Part shown: positions 24,976 through 38,416 of the stretch, one piece after another
Numbering within the stretch: position 1 is the stretch's first letter
How the letters are laid out: the number at the start of each line of letters is the position of its first letter
Origin: Sarea resinae
Taxonomy: Eukaryota
DNA length: 64,000 bases
Reading direction: 5' to 3'
Assembly (NCBI GenBank): GCA_026026165.1
Contig: JAPEUD010000091.1
Span: 1-64,000 of the forward strand
Notes under the pieces: generated by a model
Told to the model about the DNA's origin: nothing
Database searches by the model: none
The model's input: the letters and a program-made list of their open reading frames with translations, nothing else
Translations under genes and position numbers: made by a program

Positions 24976-26620
24976 ATGCATCGTACATATTCCATGCGCC
25001 AATCGCGCGCACCGACTGCGTCGCAAATTCAGAACCCGCCGCCTCCGGTCTCGTCCAGCAAGACTGGACGCTTCTTTGGCAAGGGCAGCATTGGTGAGTG
25101 TCTATGACTTCTTGAGGCACTGGAAGCGATGTCGTCTCTGAGATTCTCTCGTTGCGTGCTATCCTCTGCAATGCGTGCGTCTGTTGTTTGAAAGCTGCTA
25201 CCTTGAGCGACTTGATTCTTCCGCGCGCCGTTGTGCTGTATTTGTCACGCCGGCTCGGACTCACATCGCTTCCCTTGTCTGCCTCATTTGACGAATCGAA
25301 CTTTCGAAGTCGTCGAATGGAGGTGTACTGGGCCTCTCCGATCAAGTATCAGAGAGGTTTCACTGCTGTTGGTTACGTTTGGTTATGAAGCTCTCAGCAA
25401 AGTGCTCTCTCGCGTTCCGGTGTCACATAAACGATGTTGCAGGCTAACGTCTATTTTCCTTTGAGGTGCTTCAGGCCATGCCTTCCGCAAGTCTACTGCC
25501 GGTGCCTTCGGACCCGACTTGGCGAAAAAGCTCTCCCAACTCGTGAAGATGGAGAAGAATGTCATGCGCAGCATGGAACTCGTGTCTCGAGAGAGAATGG
25601 AAGTCGCGGTACGTGCCCCACCGGCGCAGCCACCGCCGCAGCCACCGCGAGACTTATGCTGATGTTCTCAATACAGCAATCTCTATCCATCTGGGGTGAA
25701 GCTTGTGACGAGGACGTCTCTGATGTGACGGACAAGCTGGGTGTGCTCATCTATGAGATCGGCGAGCTCGAAGATCAATTCGTCGATCGTTATGACCAGT
25801 ATCGCATTACGCTGAAGAGCATTCGTAACATCGAAGCCTCGGTTCAGCCCAGCAGAGACCGTTCGCCTCCCAGTAACTATCCAAAATTCAAGCAATCTTC
25901 TGACACCATTTGCAGGCAAACAAAAGATTACCGATCAGATCGCTCAGCTCAAGTACAAGGAGCCGAACTCGCCCAAGATTGTCGTCCTTGAACAGGAGCT
26001 TGTCCGTGCCGAAGCCGAATCTCTTGTGGCCGAGGCCCAGCTGTCCAATATTACCCGCGAAAAGCTGAAAGCTGCGTTCAACTACCAATTCGATGCCCTT
26101 CGCGAGCATTGTGAGAAGCTTGCCATCATTGCCGGCTATGGAAAGCATCTCTTGGAATTGGTCGACGATACGCCCGTTACCCCCGGCGAGACAAGGAATG
26201 CGTACGATGGCTATGAAGCTAGCAAAGCGTATGTTGAACTTCTAGTTTCTCATATACATGCTCCTCAACTGACTGGTCGCCAGTATCATTCAAGATTGCG
26301 AAGATGCCCTTACGAATTGGGTTTCGTCCAACGCCGCAGTGCACTCCACTCTCTCAACACGTGCTCGTACCCTTTCTCAGCGTCGCCACCAAGGTCGTCG
26401 CCAAGCCGGTGAAGGTGTAGATCTGTCTGGTCAAGATCCGGCTAGGGAGAGCGGACTCTGGGTGCCCGCACACCAACATCAGGCTGGCGCGTACGGCGAG
26501 GAGGAGGAAGAAGAGGAAGAGGAAGAAGAGCCAGAGGCCGCCGGGAGTGTGACCGGTGCCACCGGGGCTACGAATGGCGAAGCCAGGGGACGAGAGGAGG
26601 AGCGAGCCATTGCGGCCTAA
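24976..26620 (+). CDS. Eisosome BAR-domain protein, Pil1/Lsp1 family (PilB-like)
   Basis: MHRTYSMRQSRAPTASQ start; introns 25094-25474, ~25609-25676, ~25861-25915, ~26230-26283. DVSDVTDKLGVLIYEIGELED, LKSIRNIEASVQPSR, LVRAEAESLVAEAQLSNITR, acidic tail. Confidence 0.93.
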
Positions 26621-27649
26621 GTGGCTGAACATCTCTGAACCATTTTCCGCTCTCTATCAGCTTTACGACAGCTTGATATAGGCAGTGAAAATGGCCTCGA
26701 TCACTCTCCGTTCGAAACTTTCAACTGTCGTGTCTCCAGCTCTTATTCTCTATTCTCCTTTCCGGCTTTTAAAATTTCTTTGGCGAATACGCGAAAACCA
26801 GGATGGTGGCTTGGGGTGGTAATCATAATTTTTTCTTGTCGCTGCTTTCTGCTAATTCTGTAGTGGAAAGAAAGCCGATGATGATAAAGAAGGCAAAGCT
26901 GGTCCATGTTGTACGCTTTAGATAGGATGAAGCAACGAGATACCTTTTCCTATTTTCAATCAAAATCCCCCAACCGTTGCCGTTTCCAGGCGATCAGATG
27001 AGATGCTAGACTCACGTTCTGATAAGGGCATCGTAGCCGTCAAACTATGTTGCTGTAGCCATCTCAGAGGGCAACGGTTGAGAGTGAAATTGAAACTTTT
27101 CGAAAACGTCCTGCACCCTCGAAGCCGTCATGCGTCACTTGGCGCTTTAGTGACGCTCAGGGAGGTACGGAGACTGAGGGGGTTGATGCACTGTTCTCTA
27201 CGTCCATGGAAATTCCTGACCGAGATATAAGATTTTTAGATTGGCAATTGCGGTCGCTATAGATCCGAAAAGCTAGCTTATATGAGGACGAGGACGACCA
27301 CAAACCACACCAGATGCCCAATCGCTCGTGCCCAGCCCTGATACCGAGAACCTCCCACTTTACCCTAACGGTAGTCCAACCGTCGCGGTAAATCTTCGTG
27401 ATAGTGACGTAATGTAACATTTCATAATTGATGATTAGGAAAAAACAACAAGAAACCGATTTTCGACTGCTAAGACAGCCCAAAGGCGTAGATGAAAAAG
27501 AAGGGAAAAGCATTATGTGTTGAGAGTTGATTCGATTTGTTGCGCCATCCATTGTCAAACGCCCTTACCAGTACCTACCCAGACGCCAAGCTACTGATAT
27601 GAATTGCCGAAACAGGTCTGCATGAAAGGAATTGGTCCCCGATAATGAT

Positions 27650-30054
27650 CTACCCAGATCCTGTCGGCGTCTCGACGCTTACGAGAGTTGGGGCGATCTT
27701 GCGCTTCTTGGCCGTGCTTTGGTCGTCCTCTTTGCTAGACTCGCTTGCTACACTGCCAGTATCGCGTTTGCCAAGGACGGTGGCTCCGCTGGCAGAACTG
27801 TTTGAGCTCATGGCCATAGGAAGCGGAGTCTGAGGCGGCGTTGATAGGGGCACGCCACCAACAGCACCCGAATGAGTTGCGGTCACACTCGGAACACTGC
27901 CCATCAATGGTGCTGGATTACTGGCCACCGAGACGGAGGACGGCGCTTGCGCAAATGAGGACATTGTCGCTACCGAAGACGTTGAAGAAGATCTCGTTGG
28001 GCTTGCGGGGCGGCCAGTCGGAAGCGGAGATGCCAAAGGGCCATTCGTGGAGGGTGATTGCTTGACGGGTGGCGGGCCACTGGAAGTAGGCGTGGCAGTA
28101 GGCGTAGATTGTGCTGGTGCCGTCGATGTGTGGATAGCGGCTGGTTGGTGTTGCGCTTTAGGGACGGCACCGGTGTATATTTGCCCCATCTCGCCAGGGG
28201 CAAAAGTCAAGGTTGAGCAAAAGCCATCTGAAGAGGTCATGAGCAGCGTTGATCCATCAGGGGACCTGGTTGTATAGTTAGATCAGGTGGCAGCCCAGAG
28301 TTATTGAAAGATCATACCATGCTAGGTCAGTGAATGTTGCAAAATGGAGATTGCTGACAATGCAAAGAGGGCTCTGTTGTTGAGTATCGTAGACCAGGAC
28401 CGCATCCTGAGTGGCAACTGCATATACGATGCGATACGGTAGTGCGAACGCCGGCGGAGGACCCGATGGGTGTACAGAAGCTTCACTTGATGGCCGCTTT
28501 GGAGAAGAGGTTGACGCAGTCGTGTCCGTAGTCGGGACCGTCTGAGTTGCCGAGTGTGGCGATTGAATGAACGAACTGGGTGCTGGCATTGTGGATGGTA
28601 CAGCAGGCTCGGGTAGAGATGGTATGGTATCTTCTGCAGAAGAAGTGTCGATTGTGATGTGCCTCGTAGCTTTCGATGGAGACCGATGGGTATAGTAAAT
28701 GGGAGAACACTTGACCGCGACTGAAGGCTTCTTGTGACCCGGAAGATGAGCAATCGGAGGTTTGCTAAAGCCAGCCCGCGTATAGATATAAACAGTATTT
28801 ATAGTGTCCTCGACTGACTTCGTGGAGTCTGATGCCGACGGATGCGAGATTTTGTATTGCCCAGCAGGGGTTAGCAGCAAGCTACCATCAGGTGCAAATG
28901 TCAGTCTCCGAAAAAAAGAGGTAAATGTTTCGTTGGCGTAAATATTGGCATTCCGCACACCGAAGCTCCCATGCAGGCCAGGAGAGGACTCCATTGGCTT
29001 CACAGCAGGTAAAGGAAGCGATGGTGCAGGAGATGCAGATCGCCGGATCGAAGGGGATGAGCTGAAGGATGACCGGCGGCTATGCGTGACCGCTGGAGGG
29101 TTCATAGGAAGAGGTATTGAAGTAGGTGTACCTGGAGCCGAAGGAGCTGGAGATGCGATCGCCAGGGATGGCGGGTCGGATACCAGTTGAGGCCGAGATC
29201 CCACATCAGGTGGAGCAGGGCTATTCGAGGATATTCGGCGCGCAGGGAGATCCATTTTCGTAACCTTACCGTGTTGCGCGAGGGAAAACTGCCCATCCTT
29301 GGTTCTTAGGGTGTATATGTGTACAGACCTGTCTGAAGATTGGGTGGCTATGAATTCATTCAATGGATCCCAAGCTACTCCTTGGACATAATGGTTGTGT
29401 TCAGCAATCTGCCGCACGGTTTGTCCTTTTTGAAGGTCAGCTAAATGCGGTCAGACATGATGGTGCAGAGCTGCCGAACCTGTCTGTGCGTTGTAGATTC
29501 TTGCAACATTGTCCATACTGCCAGTGATGAAGAAGACCCCATCTGGAGACCAAGCCAGGTCATATATTTCTGATCCAAAGGATCGACACATGTGCTTGAC
29601 GCGCCACGCCTCTTTTTCTTCAGCGTCATCATCCCCAAGCATAGAAGTGTGGTTCTGCGTTTCGGATGGGACCCAGAGTAAAGTATTACCGTCATCGCCT
29701 GCTGAGGCGAGCATATTGCCTGAAAGACATATGAGCAAGAGGTTTCCGGATGGTCATCAGAGAGCTGCTACCAACCTTGAGGGCACCATCGAACAACGTT
29801 CACAGCTTGAGTGTGCCTGGAAAGTGTGGATAGATAAATGACTTCCCGGTCCTCGTCTTTAGAGGTGAGCCTCCAGAGCTGTCTCAATCATCAGTGAACC
29901 GCCAATGAAAAACCAAGAGTAGGTTGATGCTTACACGGACGTTATTGTCCCCACCACACGTCGCAAGCCTGCCGGACCCGTTGTATTGAAAGTCTGCGGA
30001 GTAGAGAGGAGCGTTCTCATTGTGCCAAGCTATCAGAAGCGGAGCGGCCTTCAT
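27650..30054 (-). CDS. CAC2: Chromatin assembly factor 1 subunit B (p60/Cac2)
   Basis: Four introns. MKAAPLLIAWH, RLATCGGDNNVR, HTQAVNVVRW, EIYDLAWSPDG, EHNHYVQGVAWDP, FFRRLTFAPDG, LPYRIVYAVAT, and a C-terminal Asf1-binding B-domain-like KKRKIAPTLV. Confidence 0.93.
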
Positions 30055-30444
30055 GTTGACGTCTATGGTGACAGCGCTGGGAGGGTAGAGCGTTTGGAAC
30101 AATTGCCTCCAGCTCTGCTCGAGAGAATGATGCGGATATCGTGGCCAGCAAGGCCCAATGCCGAGCCCGAGGTCTTCAGATTATAAACGTGGCCGGCGGG
30201 GTCAACGACTGGTGAGACGCGGGAGAGGCGTAAATCCACTTGAGAGCGACGCCCACCAGTCCGCCCGAATGTAGCAGGTCTCTCTAGATGGATGACCCTC
30301 GAAGACCATCCGGAGTGCTGATCCAGTAAGGGAGTTATGAAAATGATCAGAAGTTGAGATTCGTTTCATCCGGAACGAGAAGTCATCTGTTGTTGCTCTC
30401 GGTCGTTTGGCATATCGACGAGAACAGTTAGCAGTAGCAGTAGC

Positions 30445-30446
<2 letters not shown>

Positions 30447-30533
<87 letters not shown>
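30447..30533. repeat. (TAG)29 microsatellite, preceded by TAGCAG units
   Basis: Directly visible. It explains the spurious poly-Leu and poly-Val ORFs. Confidence 0.97.
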
Positions 30534-32323
30534 GCGTGTCTTGCTTGAGAGGGACAGAGGCACTCAGTACAGATACATCATCGTTGGGAGCAGTGAGCTA
30601 TGGAGCGGTAGTACTTGTACTTTTCCGGAGTGCTCTGGCCAGGTACCGGAGCTGCAACGCGAAGGGCCCAATCAAGAAGCTTGACAGCAAACTCCAGCAT
30701 ACTGCGTACTCGTAGTACTGCGTACTGCTAGCACCATGAACACAGGATCCGTTCCTCACCTTGCTTGCTGTGGTAGGAGTACTTCGTAGTAGTTTCGGCA
30801 GGGTCGGTACCTGGCCCATCGGTGGAACCATCACCTTACCTCGAGTACCTCCTATCGATGAGTGGGAAGACGGTCACTGTTCGGTATCTACCCCGTACTA
30901 TGTATGGAGTAGTGGTCCTCGGCCCTCGAGCTTACCATGTACAACGGAATATCCATCCATACCTGGAGTAATGCACTGCCGTACTTTCGTACTTGGGTAC
31001 GCAGTAAACAAGAACCGTCGATGCTGATGGATCGTGACATCCCCCTCATCCAGCTCCAGGCTTGCCCTTACGCATTGCAATACATACCTACCTTAGTACT
31101 CCGAGTAGGTAGGTAGGCAGACCTTTGCCTGCAGCGACCTTCCTGGCGGTGCTAGGACCGCAAGTGACTCATGTGACGGCGGAACTAGAACAAGCTCATG
31201 CAGAAAGAATCCTGCGGTCTGCGGACAAGGATCATCTGAAGAGGAAAGCGACGTTGATTGACGCAGTACGAAGTAGCACTCGGTAGGGTAGTACTGAGTA
31301 GTTTACGAAGGGAGACTATCGAGTACCGACTCAGGCTCACTTGAACCCTCCATGGGATCATTGATGGAGGTGGATGGATTGGATGCTCCAGGTTGACGCT
31401 CCAGGTTGACAGCTGGAGGACCTTCCATGATAGGGCAAGGGAAAGTAAGATACCTTACTTTACTTTCACTTTACTCCGGAGTACACAGTAAAGTAGTCGT
31501 TATCAGATATCGCCAAAGGCGTCAATCTCCATCAGAATCACCACAGGGCATCCACCGTAATACTCGTAACTCTCGCAACGGCATCAGACAAGCAAATGGT
31601 AGTCTCTCGACCTCGAGCTCAACCCCAGCTTCCACCTCCAATCTCGTCCGGTCGACGACAGTCTCCTCTCCCTTTGCCTGGCATCCGGGACTTCACCAGT
31701 TCCATGGAGATGGCGAGCCGTTCCCGCTCTCGAAGATCCGCATCGACTTCACCGCCGATTGGACGCACCCGTTGTGAATCACCACCGAGGACACCACCAA
31801 CTACTCCGGAGTAGCAACCGGTACCCTTGTCCAAGAGGGAGCGGATCGACCTGGGCTTATCCGACTCGGGCAAGCATGGCGCTGTTACTCATCGATAGAC
31901 CCCACCCACCACGGACACTACTATCCCGCAACCTCCACTGTGTGCGCATGTTGCGGCGTGTACTCATAGTATGCCGTGTGCACGCCGTGCAGCGAGTCAC
32001 CCTCAAGTAGAGTAAGCAACACTAATCTTTCTGCCTGCGTCCCTTTGCGACAGAGGATATCTATCATGGCCGCCCCGACTTTATCATCGTCACGACGGCG
32101 TGGAGCTCTTCCCTCACATCCGAAGCCAAAGCCAATCTCAGCATCTACCCCGACAATCAATCGTCTTCCATTGACCGCGTCAAGGGCAAACCGAGAGGGA
32201 TTCAAGAATCATGCATCAAGAGTGACAGCCTCGGCCCGTCCCGATTCTACATTTGGTCCTTCTTGAACTTCTCCCTTGCACACTTCCATAATTCATAGCA
32301 GCTTCAATTCCAAGAATCTCGAG

Positions 32324-35300
32324 ATGAATGAGAACATCCCATGGTCCATCATTGCCGGAGCCATTGCGCTCTTCCTCACTTCTTGCCTGACCGTTCCTTC
32401 CATCAGCAACATCTACAAAATATTGAGTGCGGTGAAGTCCCAAGCCTCTCGAGCGACCCACGAGCTTTACGAAGATGAGGATGGCAGTGCGACCGAGGAC
32501 ACTGAAAGCGCATACTCGGTCAAAATCCCCAAGATCGTAATTTATTGTATGTCCATATTTGGCTACGGGATCTCAATTGCGTCAGCCGTTTGGAGCACTT
32601 GCCGGAAACCTCAGTCATTGTTCGTTGAAGCGTGGCTGCAAGTCGGTATATGGGTCAGTCGATCGATCCCCTCTTGAGATGAAGACACTCATTGATTATT
32701 CTAGACCTTGCTCGTCCTACAAGCTGCATATTTCTCACTTGAGAGAGACTTCGTCAAGCGTTTCAACCATGCAATTGTGGGCTTCATCTCATGTGTGCTC
32801 CTCGTGATTCTAATTTGCGTGGAAAATGGAACATTCTATTCGAAGATCTTCTCCATGACCAGAGTGTACAGAATACATATTGCGCTTGAGGCCGCTCAGC
32901 TCGTAGCAGGAATATTCCTTAGCCTAGCATATGCATGGATTCCTCGTCGGCCAGATGTCTTCTCGGATGGCCGCATCGTTGATCGCCAATACACGGTATC
33001 TATCCTCGATCGCTACACCTTCGCATGGCCTGAGCACTTGCTCTCATATGCTAAGGCCAACCAAGGCCTGGATTTTCGTGATCTCCCGGCCATGGACCAT
33101 GATGTCAAAGCGGAGAATCTTCATTCTTCCTTCAATCCGACGGAAAATGGTCGAAAGCTCTACACCCTGATTGTTCTAGCATATATTGTTACATTCACAT
33201 GGCAATGGTGCCTCACTCTCATTCTGACCATTGCACAGTTCGGCCCTCAGCTTTCCATGTACAATATCCTGAAACTATTGGAAGCGCGAGACCGTGGCGA
33301 GACGATCGCGCTCGAGGGCTGGTTTTGGGTCCTGAGCTTGGGAATGTTCATTATCGTTCAGGTGTGGGTCGAGGCTTGGCTCTTCTGGATGCAGTGTGGC
33401 CAACTGGCTGTCCCCGTTCGGCAACAACTGTCAGCTCTGATATTCATGAAAGCTATGCGGCGAAAGGAAGTTCAAGGTGTCCCGAATAAAGCTCCCGAGA
33501 AGCAAGCGAGCAGCGACGACATACGAGTCAACCAGCAATCGGGTCCCAAGGGTGAAGACAATGTTGCCTCTCAAGGCGACAATGATCAATTTTCGAAGAC
33601 TCGCCAAAACACTATCAATCTCATTGGCGTAGATACAAAGCGAGTCTCCGAATTTTGTATCATCAATCACCTCTTTCCTTACACTATCTTCAAACTCGCG
33701 ATTTCTTTGGTATTTTTGCAAAAGCTCATAGGGTATGTAAAGGTCCAATTTGTTTAAGGACAATTGCTAATAGAAGCAGTTGGCGGCCCCTACTTGCTGG
33801 CTTGGTCGTGACCAGCATCTCTATGCCACTGAACATATACGTCACCAAAATCTACTCGACATCCCAGGTAAGCTATTGATCTTCAACAGATATCATCCTT
33901 TTGAGCCTCCCAAGAATTTGTTGTTGTGTCCTATTTGACAGATATCCTCGGATCGCCATTGTGTTCTGATGCACTCAAGTCTCTTTGCGTCGCATAATGC
34001 TTTGGTTACTCGCTAACAGACACAGGATGAACTAATGAAAGTCCGAGATGTGAAAATGGGCGTTGTCACAGAAGCTCTGCAGGGCATTCGCCAGATCAAG
34101 TTTACTGCTCTGGAAAGGCAGTGGCAGGAGAAAATCAGCCAATGTCGAGAAAAGGAGCTCCGTACACAGTGGAGAGTGTTCATGGCCGACACAGTCCTCA
34201 TATCTTGCTATATTTTCGGTCCCATTATGCTCTCGGCCGCTTCACTAGCAACCTACGCTTTGCTCTATGGCGGGCTGTCTCCATCGATAGCCTTCACTAC
34301 TCTATCTGTCTTTGCGCAGATAGAATTTTCTCTCGCAGCTTTACCAGAGCTCACGACTGACTTGCTCGATGCGTGGGTCAGCGTTGAGCGAATCGAGAAG
34401 TTCTTTCGTTCCCCAGAAAAGGTTGATGTGACTGTACCGGGGCCCACTGTCTCTTTCGAAGGAGTCTCTGTTTGTTGGCCGTCTGACAACGATTCGCCCG
34501 ATCCGGACAGATTCGTCTTGAAGGGTTTGAACTTGGAATTTCCTAAAAACGAATTAAGTATCATCTCTGGAAAAACAGGTTCCGGAAAGAGCTTGCTCCT
34601 CGCATCAATTTTGGGAGAAGCCGATTTACTTTCAGGTGTACTCAGGGTCCCTTCAAGGCCGCTGTGCAATGATCGGCATGACTCCAAAGCCACCCGAGAC
34701 AATTGGATCATTGATTCTGCGATTGCCTTTGTCGCCCAGATTCCATGGATAGAGAATGCCACCATTAAAAACAATATTCTCTTTGGATTGCCCTACGATG
34801 ATGTAAGGTATCAACAAGTTCTTTCAGCTTGTTCTTTGCAAAAGGACCTGGAGATGCTTGAAGATGGAGAGCTAACAGAGATCGGAGCAAATGGTATAAA
34901 CTTAAGCGGTGGCCAACGGTGGCGTCTGTCTCTAGCGAGAGCTCTATATTCTCGAGCAGGCATTTTGATTCTCGATGACATCTTCAGCGCTGTCGACGCT
35001 CACGTTGGAAGGCATATCTTCGAGAAGGGTCTTACAGGTGAGCTGGGTCAAGGGAGGACCCGCATCCTCGTTACGCACCATGTAGGTCTATGTATTCCGA
35101 AAGCTGCCTACACCGTTTTGCTAGGCCCTCAAGGTACTGTCGAGCATGCGGGCTTAGTCGAGGACCTCAAGCGAACCGGTAGTCTTTCAAGAATCTTGGA
35201 CCAAGAACTTTCTCTGTCAGACGAACAGAGTTCTATCGGCGAAGAGTCTTCCGACGAGGAATCGCTCGACCCGAACTCTGCTTCAACGTTCACCGAGACT

Positions 35301-37519
35301 GGAGTCGAGTCCTTGTCAGGCGTGGTGGAGAACGGGCCTAAAGAAATACAGAAAACTACGGCGAAGAAGTTTGTCGACGACGAGTCAAGGGAGATCGGAA
35401 GAGTAAAGTGGAACGTCTACCGGGAATTTCTGCGAGCGAGCGGTGGAACCTGGTTCTGGACGTTTGCTATGATGACCTCCATTGGCTATGAAGGATCTAT
35501 CCTTGCACGCGTAAGTAGGCCGCCTTGCTTCATTCTTCTCGCTAACATGTGTATAGTCATGGTGGGTCAAACTCTGGACCGACGTAAAAACGGATGAAGT
35601 GCTGGTGAGTTGGGTTATAACTCGGCTTCGAGTACAAGATATGGTCGCCCAGATTTCCGCTTCAAACGGTAGTCTTGGGTACTACCTAGGCATGTATGTC
35701 GGAATCTCTGGTTTCGTGTGCATAGTTGGTACCTTCAGATATTACTGGATCTTTCGCGGCTCCATAAAAGCGTCTCGGCTTCTATTCAATAAGCTCACTT
35801 ATACCGTTCTTCGGGCCCCTTTAAGATGGTAAGAGCCTGTTCATGTCTAGTTGATGATCTAAGTCAACTCTGAATAAATTCAACTAACAAGAATGAATGT
35901 ATAGGCTCGACACCGTCCCTGTGGGCCGTATCTTGAACAGGTTTACAGCCGACTTCAATACCGTCGACTCTAACATAGCCTATCAGATAAGTTCTCTGAT
36001 GTATAATGCCTTGCTAGTGCTCGGTGTTATCATTGCTGGGTGAGTAAAGCTATATGTCAAGACAACCTTTGCTCGTTCTAATGCTGAAGATGACGAGCCA
36101 GATTTTTCATTTCTCCTCTCATGATCGTTATCGGGTTGTGCTTGTTGGCAATCTGCCTGCTTCTGGCTCGACAATATCTTACCGGAGCTCGTGAGATCAA
36201 GCGGCTCGAATCAACCGCAAAAAGCCCCATTTTCGAACACTTTGGTACAGCTATTACGGGCGTCTCCTCACTTCGCGCCTTCGATAAAACCGACGATTAT
36301 ATCAAACGCATGTTCGCTTTGCTAGACAACCACGCGAGTAGCAATTGGTATATATGGTGTTTCAATCGATGGCTGGGAAGTAAGCGCACCTTCTCCATAA
36401 TCTTTCTTAATGCTTGGTATTGACAAGGATAAATTAGTACGACTAGGAGTCACTGGCGCACTGTTCTCTATCGTCGTGTCCGCGGTCATCGTCTTGACTA
36501 AAGGAGTCGATGCTGCTCTAGCAGGATTTGCACTGAGTTTCGCCCTCGATTACACTAAGGCGGTCACCTGGACTCTTCGACAGTATGCACAATTAGAACT
36601 AAGCATGAACTCAACGGAACGTATCATCGAGTATTGCGGGCTCGCTACGGAAGACCAATCAGGGGAAGACGCACCAGCCGCATGGCCAGCGGAAGGCCGC
36701 TTGGAAGTCGACGACCTCGTAGTATCCTATGCTGAGGATCTTCCTCCAGTTCTCAAAGGCGTAACCTTCGCCGTGGAAAAGAATCAGCGCGTCGGTGTAA
36801 TTGGGCGCACTGGAGCGGGGAAGTCGTCCCTGACTCTCGCCCTCTTCCGCTTCCTCCAGGCCCGCCAAGGCTCCATTTTCATCGATGGAATAGACATATC
36901 TAAACTCAAGTTGTCGGATGTTCGAAGTCGACTTGCTATCATCCCTCAGGATCCCGTCCTCTTCTCCGGCACCGTTCGCTCCAATCTGGATCCCTTTGAC
37001 GAACACCAAGACTATGAACTGCACGATGCCTTAAAACGAGTCCACTTGGTACAAGCTCAGAATAGCGACAGCCCTTCGACGGCCGCTGGCCAACCTAAAG
37101 TTAATATCAACGTCTTCGAGTCCCTGCTCTCCCCGATATCAGAAGGAGGCCTGAATCTCTCGCAAGGCCAGCGCCAGCTCCTGTGTCTGGCGCGGGCCAT
37201 CGTTTCGAGACCGAAGATCATGCTCCTGGACGAGGCGACCTCGGCGGTCGACATGACGACTGACGCGCTGATCCAGACGTCCATCCGAGAGGAGTTCACC
37301 AACAGCACGCTCCTCGTGATTGCGCACCGTCTGAGCACCGTCGTCGATTTCGACCGCATCCTGGTGATGAGCGATGGCCGCGTCGTCGAATACGACGAGC
37401 CGAGGAAGCTGTTCGCCGCCAAAGGCGAGTTCTGGCACATGGTGCAGGAGAGCGGCGAGAAGGAGAAACTCGAGGAAGTCATGTTTGGCGCTCCGGCAGC
37501 TGAGCCGGGTCAGTCGTAG
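32324..37519 (+). CDS. ABCC/MRP-type ABC transporter (Ybt1/bile-acid-transporter-like)
   Basis: About 8 exons with TMD-NBD-TMD-NBD layout. NBD1 has [16 protein letters not shown] and [13 protein letters not shown]2 has [25 protein letters not shown] and IAHRL. TMD2 has [12 protein letters not shown]. Confidence 0.93.
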
Positions 37520-37994
37520 GGGGGCTGAACGACTCCCTCCTGTCTTCCTTATCCTCGACCAAACCGCGCCGTTGGAGAACACTGCTGTACGTCTCCCAAA
37601 CCCTGTCGACGAGAGGTATGCTGCCTACGGTAGTTTTTGTTTTCTTTTTTTTTAGTCAAACGCAACACGATGTACATAAAGAGGGCCATCTCGAGAGGCT
37701 CGGCAGCGGACGTGGGGGCATCCGCGAAGGATGCTTCCTACTTTCTGCCCTTAGACCGTATAAAAGAACCTGGGGGGTAGGTTCGGGGAACTCATGGTTT
37801 TCTTTTTCTGGGGTGGCGGGTGATATATGGCCATATTTACGGGATCTTGTTTGATTTCGTAAACTCACTTTCATTAATCTAACAATTGAATTGGTGCCTG
37901 TCAGAATGACATTGGGCATTATTTGCTCCCTTGCTCTTTTCGGTGACTCTGACTTCACTTCATTCGTTCAACGCCGTGAGCAGTAATTCTCCCG

Positions 37995-37996
<2 letters not shown>

Positions 37997-38040
<44 letters not shown>
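37997..38040. repeat. (TC)22 microsatellite
   Basis: Directly visible. Confidence 0.97.
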
Positions 38041-38043
<3 letters not shown>

Positions 38044-38416
38044 CATGGATTAGTCCACAGAGACGCCAGGGCGTTTTGTGCACAAGGCAGGAAGCCAGCC
38101 ACTCACTGGCATGCGCACGCCTTTCTCTCTCTGGCAGCAGCCGAGGGTCCAAAAGGGCATGGATTGTAAAGTATCGAGGAAATACGTCTTTCCCCAGTAC
38201 AAAGAAAGGTCTTCGCTACTTGATGCATAGGATAGGAAGGTCTCAGAACGCTTCCTCTAGGATAAGTGAGACCTTGGTGATGCTCATAGGGTGTCTGTAA
38301 GGACGGGTGATGGGAGGGGGTAAGATTGAGGCGTATCGTGATAAATGATGGATGCTTGAGACGGCGCATCAGCTCTATTCCAGCTCAAAACTGACCCGCT
38401 CGCCTTTTCTGCCACT

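Noticed and set aside
30366..30715. Poly-Leu and poly-Val ORFs
   Set aside because: They are translations of the (TAG)n microsatellite.
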